This document shows positions 1 through 9,530 of a stretch of 64,000 nucleotides of DNA, in pieces; within the stretch, counting starts at the first letter, position 1; the number at the start of each line of letters is the position of its first letter. The position numbers and the translations under genes are program-made. The notes under the pieces are model-generated. The model saw only the letters and a list, made by a program, of their open reading frames with translations, was not told where the DNA came from and searched no databases. This DNA comes from Alphaproteobacteria bacterium (GTDB lineage: Bacteria; Pseudomonadota; Alphaproteobacteria; UBA828): contig CBDFKL010000006.1 of assembly GCA_965248825.1 (NCBI GenBank), forward strand, positions 705,255 through 769,254, given 5' to 3'.

Positions 1-1
1 C

Positions 2-130
2 GGGGAGTCGGTTGAGCGAGCACGCCACTACGGCGCGACGGCCCGCGAGTCATTGGACCAGTTCCCGACCTGCGCCGCGAAGAGTGCGCTGCTCTCCGTC
101 GTCGACTTCTGCGTCGACCGGGCGCATTAA
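2..130 (+). CDS. 3' end of an unidentified CDS that begins upstream of the window (…FCVDRAH*)
   Basis: The frame stays open from the window edge to a TAA at 128-130. Third codon positions are almost all G/C, as in the other genes here. No family was recognised. Confidence 0.3.
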   Translation, partial: GESVERARHYGATARESLDQFPTCAAKSALLSVVDFCVDRAH

Positions 131-145
131 GGTTGACGCGACGGC

Positions 146-661
146 TCAGCCCAGCTCTTTCGCCGTGGTGAACCTCACCAATCGAGCACTCTTGGACGTG
201 AACGCGGCCCAGCGATCGACACCTGTCTCGAAGATCGCCAGCGCCGCCGGCGGGAATCGCGTGGAGAGCCGCGCGAAGGCCGGCCCCGGCCCGCGCCGGC
301 CGAGCGCAATCGCGAGTGACTGGAGCCCCGGATTGTGGCCAATGAGGAGGAGGGCATCGTGCCGATCGTCGGCCTGCATCACGGCATGCAGCAGGGTCTC
401 GGGGCCGCCCATATAGAGGCCGTCCACCACGCGGCGAAGCACGCTCTCCCGCAAGCCCTCGCAAAAGAATTCATGGGTCTCCGTGGTGCGCCGGGAAGGC
501 GAGCAAAGAGCGAGCGTCGGGGGGTGGTCCTGGTCGCGGCAGAGGGCGCCGATGCGATGGCTCGTCCGCCGCCCCTTCTCGATCAAGGCGCGGTCGCGGT
601 CGCCCCCGGGAGGCATGCCGGCTTCGGCCTTGCCGTGTCGCATCAAATAGAGCCGTCGCAT
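146..661 (-). CDS. sixA: histidine phosphatase family protein (SixA-like phosphohistidine phosphatase)
   Basis: The N-terminal LYLMRHGKA (RHG catalytic motif) and a later LLLIGHNPG motif are typical of the SixA/PGAM branch. I place the start at the internal Met (MRRLYLMRHG) rather than at the ORF-track start at 718. Confidence 0.7.
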   Translation of the reverse strand: MRRLYLMRHGKAEAGMPPGGDRDRALIEKGRRTSHRIGALCRDQDHPPTLALCSPSRRTTETHEFFCEGLRESVLRRVVDGLYMGGPETLLHAVMQADDRHDALLLIGHNPGLQSLAIALGRRGPGPAFARLSTRFPPAALAIFETGVDRWAAFTSKSARLVRFTTAKELG

Positions 662-750
662 CCGTCGCTTCCCGTTCCCCAGCCGCGGCCCGGTTGCATT
701 CGCCGCGGCGCACGACAAGAATCGCGGCCTGTTACGGCAATTGGGAGATC

Positions 751-2394
751 ATGATGGGCCGGGAGTGCGCCGACAAGAACCCGTATGAGACCGGGCTCGA
801 GCGAAACGACGCGAATCATGTCCCGCTGACCCCGCTTTCGTTTCTGCGGCGCGCGGCGGCCGTGTTTCCGGAACGGACGGCATGGGTTCACGACGGGCGC
901 CGGGCAAGCTATCGCGCATTCTACGGTCGCAGCCGGCGCCTCGCCTCGGCGCTCGCGAAACGGGGCGTGGCCAAGGGCGATACCGTCGCGATCATGTCGC
1001 CCAATACACCGGCGATGCTCGAGGCACATTACGGCGTTCCCATGTGCGGCGCCGTGCTCAACGCCCTCAACTTCCGGCTCGATGCCGCTTCCCTCGGCTT
1101 CATCCTCGATCATGCCGACGCCAAGGTGCTTCTCACCGATCGGGCGTTCTCACCGGTGATCAAGGAGGCCCTGTCTCTCGCCAGGGTCGAGCTGCTGGTC
1201 GTCGACATCGATGATGCGCCCGAGGAAGGCGGCGAACTGCTCGGCGCGATCGAGTATGAAGCGCTGCTCGAAGAGGGCGATCCCGACTATGACTGGCCCT
1301 GGCCGGCGGATGAGTGGGAAGCGATCTCCCTCAACTACACCTCCGGCACCACGGGCAATCCGAAGGGCGTCGTCTATCACCATCGCGGCGCCTATCTGAA
1401 CGCGATCGGGGACGGGATGACCTGGGCCTTGCCCCATGGACCCGTCTATCTCTGGACTCTGCCGATGTTCCACTGCAATGGCTGGTGCTTCACCTGGGCG
1501 ATCAGCGCCTATGCCGGCACCCACATCTGCCTGCGCAAGGTGGAGGCAGCGACGATCTTCCGCGCGATCGCGGCGCACAGGGTGACCCATTTCTGCGGCG
1601 CGCCGATCGTGCTCAACCTCCTGAACAACGCGACCGACGAAGAACGGGTGCCCTTCGACCATCGCGTCGAGGTGATGACCGCCGCCGCCCCGCCGCCGGC
1701 CGCCGTCATTGCGCAGATTGAGCAAGCCGGCTTCCACGTGACCCATGTCTACGGCCTGACGGAGGTCTATGGCCCGGTCACGGTATGCGCGTGGCACGAC
1801 GAGTGGAACGCCCTGCCGCTCGACGAGCAGGCAGCGCTCAAGGCGCGTCAGGGCGTGCCGTTTGCGACTCTCGACGGGCTCATGGTCGCCGACCCCAAGA
1901 CGATGGCGACGGTACCGCCGGACGGCGAGACCATCGGCGAGGTCTTCATGCGCGGCAACACGGTGATGAAAGGCTATCTCGATAACCCGAAAGCGACCGA
2001 GGACGCGTTTGCGGGCGGCTGGTTCCGCACCGGCGACCTCGGCGTCGTTCATGCCGACGGCTACATCCAGCTCAAGGACCGCGCCAAGGACATCATCATC
2101 TCGGGCGGCGAGAACATCTCCACGATCGAGGTCGAGGGCGCGCTCTATCGCCACCCCGCCGTGCTCGAGGCCGCCGTGGTCGCGCGCGCCGACGAGACCT
2201 GGGGCGAGACGCCATGCGCCTTCGTCACCTTGAAAGAGGGCGTGCGCATTGACGAAGAGGAGCTCATCAGCTTCTGCCGCGGCGAGCTGGCCCACTTCAA
2301 GTGCCCGAAAACCGTCGTGTTCGGCGAGCTCCCAAAGACCTCGACCGGCAAGATCCAGAAATACGTCCTGCGCGAGCGCGCATCCGCGCTCTGA
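751..2394 (+). CDS. AMP-dependent acyl-CoA synthetase/ligase (medium-chain fatty-acid--CoA ligase-like)
   Basis: The AMP-binding signature YTSGTTGNPKGV is present. The C-terminal FRTGDLG…GGENIS…GKIQK motifs match the adenylate-forming superfamily. Start taken at MMGRE (751). Confidence 0.9.
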   Translation: MMGRECADKNPYETGLERNDANHVPLTPLSFLRRAAAVFPERTAWVHDGRRASYRAFYGRSRRLASALAKRGVAKGDTVAIMSPNTPAMLEAHYGVPMCGAVLNALNFRLDAASLGFILDHADAKVLLTDRAFSPVIKEALSLARVELLVVDIDDAPEEGGELLGAIEYEALLEEGDPDYDWPWPADEWEAISLNYTSGTTGNPKGVVYHHRGAYLNAIGDGMTWALPHGPVYLWTLPMFHCNGWCFTWAISAYAGTHICLRKVEAATIFRAIAAHRVTHFCGAPIVLNLLNNATDEERVPFDHRVEVMTAAAPPPAAVIAQIEQAGFHVTHVYGLTEVYGPVTVCAWHDEWNALPLDEQAALKARQGVPFATLDGLMVADPKTMATVPPDGETIGEVFMRGNTVMKGYLDNPKATEDAFAGGWFRTGDLGVVHADGYIQLKDRAKDIIISGGENISTIEVEGALYRHPAVLEAAVVARADETWGETPCAFVTLKEGVRIDEEELISFCRGELAHFKCPKTVVFGELPKTSTGKIQKYVLRERASAL

Positions 2395-2421
2395 GACGGC
2401 GTCAGGCGGGGGGCGCGAAAC

Positions 2422-3159
2422 ATGCGATCGACCGCTCCCGGATATGTCGCGCTGGCCATCGCGGCGGCGCTGCTCCACGCGAGCCCCGCGGCGGCAGACG
2501 ATTTCGAGGCGGCACGGGCGGAAATGGTGCGCGCCGTCGCGTTCGACGCCGAGCGCACCGCCCAGTGGATCGGCAAGGAGCGGCTCGATCCGCGGGTGAT
2601 GGCGGCGATCGGGCTGGTGCCGCGCCATCTTTTCGTGCCGCCTGAGCTGCAAGGGCTCGCCTACGTTAACAGGCCATTGCCCATCGGCTATGGCCAGACC
2701 ATCTCACAACCCTACATCGTCGCGCTGATGACCGACCTCCTGGCGCCGGAGCCGGACGACGTCGCGTTCGAGCTCGGCACGGGCTCGAGCTATCAGGCAG
2801 CGGTATTGGCCGAGCTCGTCGCGGAAGTCTACACCGTCGAGATCGTGCCGCCGCTGGCGGAAAGCGCCGCCGACCGGCTCGCGGCGCTCGGCTATGACAA
2901 TGTCACCGTGCGAGCGGGTGACGGCTATTTCGGCTGGCCCGAACGCGGGCCCTTCGACATCATCGTGGTCACGGCAGCGGCAAGCCATGTGCCGCCGCCG
3001 CTCATCGCGCAGCTCAAGCCGGGCGGGCGCATGGTGATTCCCGTCGGCAGCCCGTTCCTCACTCAACACCTCATGCTCATCGAGAAGACCGCCGGCGGCG
3101 ACATCACCAGCCGGCAGATCCTGCCGGTCATCTTCGTTCCGCTGACCGGCGAGCGCTGA
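2422..3159 (+). CDS. pcm: protein-L-isoaspartate O-methyltransferase, with an N-terminal signal peptide
   Basis: PIMT motifs are present: GYGQTISQPYIVALM and the SAM-binding stretch ELGTGSGYQAAVLAEL. The hydrophobic N-terminus followed by AAADD looks like a signal peptide. Confidence 0.9.
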   Translation: MRSTAPGYVALAIAAALLHASPAAADDFEAARAEMVRAVAFDAERTAQWIGKERLDPRVMAAIGLVPRHLFVPPELQGLAYVNRPLPIGYGQTISQPYIVALMTDLLAPEPDDVAFELGTGSSYQAAVLAELVAEVYTVEIVPPLAESAADRLAALGYDNVTVRAGDGYFGWPERGPFDIIVVTAAASHVPPPLIAQLKPGGRMVIPVGSPFLTQHLMLIEKTAGGDITSRQILPVIFVPLTGER

Positions 3160-3165
3160 AGCGCG

Positions 3166-5619
3166 GTGTCGGGCAAGGGGGCGCACGGCCTCTCCAGGCT
3201 CGGCGTCTTCATTGCCGTGGCGCTGCTCTCGGCCGGTGTGCTGGGCTACGAGATCCTGCTCGTCCGCCTGCTCGCGATCGTGCACTGGCATCACTTCGCC
3301 TACATGATCATCTCGGTCGCACTGTTGGGATTCGGTGCGGCCGGCAGCCTCGTCGCGGTGCTCCAGCGCCCGCTTCTCGCCCATTTCCGGTGGGTCTTCG
3401 GGGGCGCGGCGCTGGGATTCGGGGCGAGCGCCCCCCTGGCGTTCCTGCTGGCACAGAGTCTGCCCTTCAACGCACTCGAGGTCGCCTGGGACCGGGCGCA
3501 GCTCGGTTGGCTGTTCGCGCTCTACCTGGTCCTCTCGGCGCCGTTTCTAAGCGCGGCGCTGGCGCTCGCCCTGGCCTTCCGGGCACACGCGGCTCGCGCC
3601 GGTGCGCTATACCGCGTGGACCTGATCGGCGCGGGTCTGGGCGCCTTAGGTCTGGTGCTCTTGCTGGACGCCGTGCCGCTGGCGGACGCGCTGAGACTCA
3701 TCGGCCTTGCCGGAGCCGCGGCGGGCGCGGTGGTCTTGTTGCCGACAGGCACGACATGGCCCGCGAGGAGCGGAGCGCTGCTGGCGGTCGCGGCCGTGCT
3801 CGCTCTGCTGGCCGCCCTGCCTCAACAGTGGTTGCGCCCTCACCCCTCCCCCTACAAGGCGTTGAGCCTCGCGTTGACCGCGCCCGACGCCCGGATCGTC
3901 GCGGAACGCCATGGCGCACTCGGCTGGCTCGCCGCCGTCGAAAGCCCGACGGTGCCTTTTCGCCACGCGCCGGGCCTCAGCCTGCACGCAGCGGCCGGAC
4001 CGCCGGCCCAGCTCGGCCTGTTCACCGATGGCGGCGCACTCGCCGCGATCACCCGGGCCGATGCCGATCTCCGCTATCTGGAGGCCGAAACCGCCGCACT
4101 CCCCTACCACCTCGTGGATCGCCCGCGCGCGCTCGTGCTCGGCGTCGGCGGCGGGACGGAGGTGCTGCGAGCGCTTCGGCACGGTGCGCGATCGGTCGAT
4201 GCGGTGGAGTTGAATCCGGACGTGATCGATATCGCTCACGACGCTCTGATGCGCGAATCGGGCGGCCTCCACGACGGCGAGGATGTGCGAGTCCATATCG
4301 CCGATGGGCGGAGTTTTGCGGCACGGTCCGGGGCGCAATGGGATCTGATCCAGATCGCGTTGCTCGACTCCTTCAGCGCCGCCGCAGCAGGCGTCCACAC
4401 GCTCGACGAATCCCTGCTCTACACGGTCGAGGCTTTCGGGACCCTTCTCGATCGTCTGAGCCCCGAGGGTGTGCTCGCCATTACCCGCTGGCTCAAGCTG
4501 CCGCCGAGAGACGCGTTCAAATTGCTGTGGACCGCGCGGACCGCGCTCGAGGCGCGGAATATCGCCGACCCGGCATCACGGTTGATCATGATCCGCGGCT
4601 GGAAAACGACCACGCTGGTGGTCGCGGCGCGCCCGTTCGAGCGCCGGGATGTGACCAATTTGCGCACCTTCGTCGAGCGTTACGGGTTCGACCTGGTCTG
4701 GCATAAGGGGCTTGTCGAGGCCGACGCCAACCGCCACAACCGGCTCGCGGAGCCCGCCTTCTTCCGCGGCGCCGCGGCTCTGCTTGGCCCGGATCCCGAC
4801 GAGTTTGCCGCCCGTTACAAGTTTGCGCTCCGGCCCGCGACCGACGACCGGCCGTTTTTCTTCCACACCGTCAAATGGGCGACGCTGCCCGAGCTTCTGG
4901 CGCTTCGCGAACGGGGCGGCCTGCCGCTCGTCGAATGGGGCCTCGTGATCCTCGTCGCGACGCTGGCGCAGGCGCTGATCGCCGGCACGCTGTTGATTCT
5001 CTTGCCGCTCCTCGCGCTCCGCAAGCAGAGAGCCGAGGGTGCGCCCGAGCGCTGGCGCGTCGTGATGTTCTTCGCCAGCCTCGGCCTCGCCTTTCTCTTC
5101 GTCGAGATCGCCTTCATGCAGCGCTTCGCGGTCTTTCTCGGACACCCGCTCTTCGCCATCGCCGTGGTGCTGGCCGGCCTCCTCTTCTTTGCCGGCTGCG
5201 GCGCCGGCGCGGCGGATCGGCTCGCCGGCCGGTCTGGTCGCGTGTCCCCAATAACGCTCGCCGCCGCGGGGGTCATCGTCGTCGGCGGCGCCTATCTCGG
5301 GCTCTTGCCTTGGGTGTTTGCCGCAGCGCAAGCCTGGCCCGTGGCCGCGCGCATAGCGGTCGCGCTCGCGCTCCTCGGCCCGATCGGCTTCCTCCTCGGG
5401 ATGCCGTTCCCGCTCGGCCTCAAAGCACTCGGTGCGCGGGCGCCCGCCCTGGTCCCCTGGGCGTGGGGAATCAATGGCTGCGCCTCGGTGATCAGCGCGG
5501 CGCTCGCGACCTTCATCGCGCTCCACATCGGCTTCACCCTGGTCCTCGCCTGTGCTTTGGTGCTCTACGCCCTCGCTGCCGCCTTCCCCCCACACGGGGC
5601 GGCGAAAGAGGCGCGATAG
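3166..5619 (+). CDS. polytopic membrane protein with an embedded spermidine-synthase-like (PABS) methyltransferase-fold domain
   Basis: The protein is 817 aa with many hydrophobic helices at both ends. A central soluble domain carries the LVLGVGGGTEVLRALRHGARSVDAVELNPDVIDIA…IADGRSF pattern of the spermidine/spermine synthase fold. The frame starts with GTG. Confidence 0.7.
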   Translation: MSGKGAHGLSRLGVFIAVALLSAGVLGYEILLVRLLAIVHWHHFAYMIISVALLGFGAAGSLVAVLQRPLLAHFRWVFGGAALGFGASAPLAFLLAQSLPFNALEVAWDRAQLGWLFALYLVLSAPFLSAALALALAFRAHAARAGALYRVDLIGAGLGALGLVLLLDAVPLADALRLIGLAGAAAGAVVLLPTGTTWPARSGALLAVAAVLALLAALPQQWLRPHPSPYKALSLALTAPDARIVAERHGALGWLAAVESPTVPFRHAPGLSLHAAAGPPAQLGLFTDGGALAAITRADADLRYLEAETAALPYHLVDRPRALVLGVGGGTEVLRALRHGARSVDAVELNPDVIDIAHDALMRESGGLHDGEDVRVHIADGRSFAARSGAQWDLIQIALLDSFSAAAAGVHTLDESLLYTVEAFGTLLDRLSPEGVLAITRWLKLPPRDAFKLLWTARTALEARNIADPASRLIMIRGWKTTTLVVAARPFERRDVTNLRTFVERYGFDLVWHKGLVEADANRHNRLAEPAFFRGAAALLGPDPDEFAARYKFALRPATDDRPFFFHTVKWATLPELLALRERGGLPLVEWGLVILVATLAQALIAGTLLILLPLLALRKQRAEGAPERWRVVMFFASLGLAFLFVEIAFMQRFAVFLGHPLFAIAVVLAGLLFFAGCGAGAADRLAGRSGRVSPITLAAAGVIVVGGAYLGLLPWVFAAAQAWPVAARIAVALALLGPIGFLLGMPFPLGLKALGARAPALVPWAWGINGCASVISAALATFIALHIGFTLVLACALVLYALAAAFPPHGAAKEAR

Positions 5620-5661
5620 CGCCACGCCTCCTTGAACGGAACAGCGCCGGAAAGACCAACC

Positions 5662-6381
5662 ATGAGAGTCCTCGTCCTCCAGCACATCGCGATCGAGCAT
5701 CCCGGTATATTTCGCGACTTCATGCGCAATGACGGCGTCGCATGGGACGCCGTCGAGCTCGATGCGGGTGAGACGGTTCCCCCTCTCGACGGCTATGATG
5801 CGCTCATCGCCATGGGCGGGCCGATGGATGTCTTCGAAGAAGAGGCCCACCCCTGGTTGGTGCCCGAGAAGGCGCTGATTCGCCACGCCGTCGCCGAGCG
5901 CGGCATGCCCTTCCTCGGTGTCTGTTTAGGCCATCAGCTTCTCGCCGATGCTCTCGGCGGCCGGGTGGAGACGATGGCCGAGCCCGAAGTCGGCATCCTG
6001 GAGGTTGCCCTCACCGAGGCCGGCCGCGCCGACCCGCTGCTCGCCGGCCTCGACCCGGTGGTGACCTGCCTGCAATGGCACGGCTGCGCGGTGACCGTCC
6101 TGCCCGATGATGCCGTGAGCCTGGCCCGCTCGGAACTCTGCGCGGTCCAGGCCTTTCGCGTCGGACCTCACGCCTATGGCCTTCAATATCATGTCGAGTT
6201 GACGCCGACGACGGTCGCCGAATGGGGCGCCGTGCCCGTCTATCAGACTTCGCTGAAACGGGCGCTCGGGCCAAACGGCCTCGGGACGCTCGAAGCGGAC
6301 GCCGCCCGCCAGATGCCGTCCCTCAATCGCGACGCGCGGATCCTCTACGATAATTTCCTCGGGCTCGTGCGCGATCGGTGA
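5662..6381 (+). CDS. class I glutamine amidotransferase-like protein (standalone GATase1)
   Basis: GATase1 motifs are present: a VLQH N-terminus, the catalytic Cys in FLGVCLGHQLL, and the His/Glu in YGLQYHVE. Start taken at MRVLVL. Confidence 0.7.
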   Translation: MRVLVLQHIAIEHPGIFRDFMRNDGVAWDAVELDAGETVPPLDGYDALIAMGGPMDVFEEEAHPWLVPEKALIRHAVAERGMPFLGVCLGHQLLADALGGRVETMAEPEVGILEVALTEAGRADPLLAGLDPVVTCLQWHGCAVTVLPDDAVSLARSELCAVQAFRVGPHAYGLQYHVELTPTTVAEWGAVPVYQTSLKRALGPNGLGTLEADAARQMPSLNRDARILYDNFLGLVRDR

Positions 6382-6453
6382 GGACGATCCGACCGGCTGC
6401 CTGACGGCATGGGCGGGCCGCATCGGGCCGCGACGGGGTGCCGACCCGCTTCG

Positions 6454-7197
6454 TTAAATTCGTTCCAGCCACAGATCGAGAAACCGGTCCAGCCATCGAT
6501 GCACCGCCGGATCGTAGCGGGTGGCGTCGGTGCGCTGGGCGGCCGGTGACGGGGCCTCGGGACGGGCTAGGTCGGCCTGTGCCTTCTCGTTGGTGACCCA
6601 ACGTTCGAGCGTCGCCGGCGTCATCTCGGGATGGAACTGGATCCCGAAAGCGCGCCGGCCGCAGCCGAAGGCTTGGTTCTCGAAGAGGGCGCCGGTCGCA
6701 AGCAGCGTCGCCCCGGGCGGGAGGTCGAAGCCTTCGCGATGCCACTGATAGGCATGGATGGCCAAGGGGAACACGGGGCATCCCTGATCGGCCGGGTAGA
6801 TCGGCTGGTAACCGATCTCGCACTTGCCGTCGGGACGCCGGAAAACCGCGGCCCCAAGGGCGTGCGCCATGATCTGGGCGCCGAGACAGATGCCGAGGAT
6901 CGGCGCGTCCGCTTCCACCTGGTTCCCGACCCATGTCGTTTCAAGCCGCAGAAACGGGTGATGCTCCAAATCGCCGGCGCTCATCGGTCCGCCGAACACG
7001 ACCGCGGCGTCATAGCCGCGAAGGCGGCCGCGATCGAGCAGCGGCAGCTCGTCGTTCAGGAAGGTGCAGCAGATCTCGGTCACGCAGCCGCGCGCCGCCA
7101 GCGCCTCGGCCACTTTGCCGGGCCGGGCATGGGCAGAATGGGTGACCAGGATGATGCGTCTGTTCGCGGTGTACGTTGGTGTCAGCGCCTCTGCCAT
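6454..7197 (-). CDS. class I glutamine amidotransferase-like protein (paralog of 5662..6381, convergent)
   Basis: It carries the matching motifs ILGICLGAQIM and FGIQFHPE. Its length and layout are similar to the neighbouring GATase1. Confidence 0.7.
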   Translation of the reverse strand: MAEALTPTYTANRRIILVTHSAHARPGKVAEALAARGCVTEICCTFLNDELPLLDRGRLRGYDAAVVFGGPMSAGDLEHHPFLRLETTWVGNQVEADAPILGICLGAQIMAHALGAAVFRRPDGKCEIGYQPIYPADQGCPVFPLAIHAYQWHREGFDLPPGATLLATGALFENQAFGCGRRAFGIQFHPEMTPATLERWVTNEKAQADLARPEAPSPAAQRTDATRYDPAVHRWLDRFLDLWLERI

Positions 7198-7260
7198 CCT
7201 TTCTGCCGTGCGCTGAAACGATCACTCGGCCCACAACAGTAGTTCTTAGCCGCAGAAACC

Positions 7261-7440
7261 TCTAGCTGTGCAACACGCACTGACGATGACCGAACGCTCA
7301 TGCTTGTTTCCGGATATAGATGGTTGACATCGGGTTTTGCAAGAATGATGAGGAGGGGGAATAATATTCTAAAACAACACGTTAGAGAGGTGCTAAAATT
7401 GCAGAATCCGAGCGATGTGCCACAACGGTAGCGATGCTCG
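7261..7440. promoter_or_regulatory. AT-rich island in divergent intergenic space; candidate promoter region (extended -10-like TGcTAAAAT at 7391-7399, TTGACA at 7325-7330)
   Basis: This is the only long AT-rich stretch in this part of the window. It lies between the divergent GATase1 (-) and LLM oxidoreductase (+) genes. The hexamers were found by eye only. Confidence 0.3.
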
Positions 7441-7602
7441 CGTGCCGCCCGGCCGCGTTGACGCTTCGCCGGCTTGACCGGATTTTGCCTGGGCCCTAGC
7501 CTTTTCGACCGAAACCGCCAGGCGGAGAGAGTGGTTCGCGCGCGCTGCTCTCCGTCGAGGCCAACGAAGGCGGTCGACGGGATTCCACGGAGGGAGGCTC
7601 TC

Positions 7603-8640
7603 ATGGTTTCACTCGGCGCTCAGTTCGATACCGGCCTGGCGGTCGGTGACCAAGCCCGATTCGTCGAGGGTCATGGCTTCGAATTCGTCTACGTGCCGGA
7701 TTCCCCAATCAACTGGCGCGAGATGAGCCCCTACCTCACCGTCCTCACGCAAAGCACGACAACGGCCAAGGTCGGTGCCTGCGTCACCAATCCGGTCTCA
7801 CGCAACCCGACGGTGATCGCGAGCTTGCACGCAGCGCTTCAGGAGCTGAGCGGCGGTCGCATGATCCTCGGGCTGGGGCGAGGCGACAGTGCGGTTCGGC
7901 GCCTCGGTGAACGACCGGCACGCCTCAAGGAATTCGAGGAGGCGTCGCTTCTCATCCACCGCCTAGCGAACGGCGAGGAGGTCGCGTACTCCGCGTCACG
8001 ACCCTCCGACGAGGACTGGTACGCTCAGGCCACCGAGACGGTGCCCTTGTCCCTCGAATGGGCGCCGCGCGTGAGCATCCCACTCTACGTTGCGGGCTAC
8101 GGGCCGAAAGTGCTCCGTTGGGCCGGCCAGGTCGCCGACGGCGTGTTCCTCCAGATCGCCGAGCCGGCGACGGTGGAATGGCATATCGGCTTTATCCGGA
8201 AGGGCGCGGAAGACGCCGGACGCGCCGCGAGCGAGATCGACATCGTGGTCTGTACGCCATCATGGATCTCAGACGACTTGCACGAGGCCTGCGATCGGGT
8301 CCGCCCGTTTCCCTCCTACGTGGCCAATCACGTGACCGACATGCTGCGATTTCACCCCAAGTCGTTCCTGCCGCCGACCCTCCTCCAATGTGTCGAGGAC
8401 AAGGCCCAATACGACTATCGGGAGCATACGCAGACGGGGGCCGACCATGCCGGCTACGTCTCCGACGAGCTCGCGGAGAGCTACACGATTGTCGGGACCG
8501 CGGAGCGTTGCGCCGAGAAGATCCGTCAGCTGAGTGCGCTCGGTGTAACCCAGATCTGCCTGTACTATCTCGGTTACAGCGACGCCGATATTCGCGCTAC
8601 AACCGAGGCCTACGCGCGCGAAGTGATGCCCAAGGTTTGA
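7603..8640 (+). CDS. LLM-class (luciferase-like) flavin/F420-dependent oxidoreductase
   Basis: The TIM-barrel LLM pattern (…FVYVPDSP…ILGLGRGDSAV…) is present. A GGAGGG ribosome-binding site sits 7 nt upstream of ATG 7603. The upstream part of the ORF-track frame is ignored. Confidence 0.8.
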   Translation: MVSLGAQFDTGLAVGDQARFVEGHGFEFVYVPDSPINWREMSPYLTVLTQSTTTAKVGACVTNPVSRNPTVIASLHAALQELSGGRMILGLGRGDSAVRRLGERPARLKEFEEASLLIHRLANGEEVAYSASRPSDEDWYAQATETVPLSLEWAPRVSIPLYVAGYGPKVLRWAGQVADGVFLQIAEPATVEWHIGFIRKGAEDAGRAASEIDIVVCTPSWISDDLHEACDRVRPFPSYVANHVTDMLRFHPKSFLPPTLLQCVEDKAQYDYREHTQTGADHAGYVSDELAESYTIVGTAERCAEKIRQLSALGVTQICLYYLGYSDADIRATTEAYAREVMPKV

Positions 8641-8703
8641 GTGTCGGACGGCCCGCCCTGGTCGGCGGTGCGTCCCGGCGTAACGACCAGTGGAGGCAGC
8701 GCC

Positions 8704-9459
8704 ATGAAACTCGTCGACAAAGTCGCGATCGTAACCGGCAGCTCGCGCGGCATCGGCGCGAGCGTCGCGCGAGGCTTCGGTGCAGAAGGTGCTCGGCTCG
8801 CCATCGTCGCCAACGCGAGCCTCAAGAGCGCGCAGTCGGTCGTCAATGAGATCGAGGCGGCGGGAGGAGAGGCCAAAGCCTTCACAGCCGACCTTGCCCG
8901 GGTCGCCGAGTGCGAGCGACTGGCCAGTGCGGTGATCGACGCCTTCGGCACGGTCGACATCCTCGTCAACAATGCCGGCGTTCTGATCTCGATGCCGATC
9001 GAGGAGGCCACCGAGGAGCAGTGGGACGCCCAGATCGATCTCAACCTCAAAGGCACCTACTTCATGACCAAAGCCGTCGTGCCGACGATGAAGGCCAAGC
9101 GTTCCGGTAAGATCATCAACGTCACTTCGACATTCGGTTTCGTTGGCGGCCCAGACTGCAGCATCTATTGCACCTCGAAGGCCGGGCAGCTGAACATGAC
9201 CAAGGCCCTGTGCCTTGAACTCGCCCGCCACGGGATCAACGTCAACTCGCTGGCGCCGGGCGGTGTCAAGACCGACATGTCTACGGCCTTGCGCGCGCAA
9301 CCAGGGCTCGAGGAGCGCGTGGACAAGCTGACTCCTGCGGGGGCTCATTTTTTGAACCCGTCCGATGTCGTCGGTGCCGCTGTGTTTCTCGCCTCATCCG
9401 ATTCGGATTCCGTGCACGGCGCGAATTTGGTGATCGACGGCGGTTGGACCGCTCGGTAG
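8704..9459 (+). CDS. SDR-family oxidoreductase (3-oxoacyl-ACP reductase-like)
   Basis: SDR motifs are present: TGSSRGIG (the TGxxxGIG NAD(P)-binding motif), NNAG, and the catalytic YxxxK in YCTSKAG. A GGAGG ribosome-binding site precedes ATG 8704. Confidence 0.85.
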   Translation: MKLVDKVAIVTGSSRGIGASVARGFGAEGARLAIVANASLKSAQSVVNEIEAAGGEAKAFTADLARVAECERLASAVIDAFGTVDILVNNAGVLISMPIEEATEEQWDAQIDLNLKGTYFMTKAVVPTMKAKRSGKIINVTSTFGFVGGPDCSIYCTSKAGQLNMTKALCLELARHGINVNSLAPGGVKTDMSTALRAQPGLEERVDKLTPAGAHFLNPSDVVGAAVFLASSDSDSVHGANLVIDGGWTAR

Positions 9460-9530
9460 CGAGCAATCCCGCGCCTTGCCGTTTTCGAAGAAGCCCCGGG
9501 CGTGCACGGATGATAGGCGTTAGCTCCTCA

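Noticed and set aside
12-416. 134-aa plus-strand ORF at the window start
   Set aside because: It runs antisense across the clearly motif-bearing SixA-like gene (RHG motif). It has a TTG start and a Ser/Arg/Ala-rich low-complexity translation. This is a typical GC-rich antisense artefact. Only the separate frame ending at the TAA at 128-130 is kept, as a partial CDS.
1150-2652. 500-aa minus-strand ORF
   Set aside because: It lies entirely antisense to the acyl-CoA synthetase (which has AMP-binding motifs) and to pcm. The translation is Arg/Gly/Asp-rich with no recognisable domain.
3390-5886. Long alternative-frame ORFs (3390..4706 +, 3646..4398 -, 4576..5886 -, 4875..5732 +)
   Set aside because: They overlap the 817-aa membrane/spermidine-synthase-like gene in other frames or in antisense. 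They are highly Arg/Pro/Gly-rich, as expected from shifted frames in GC-rich DNA.
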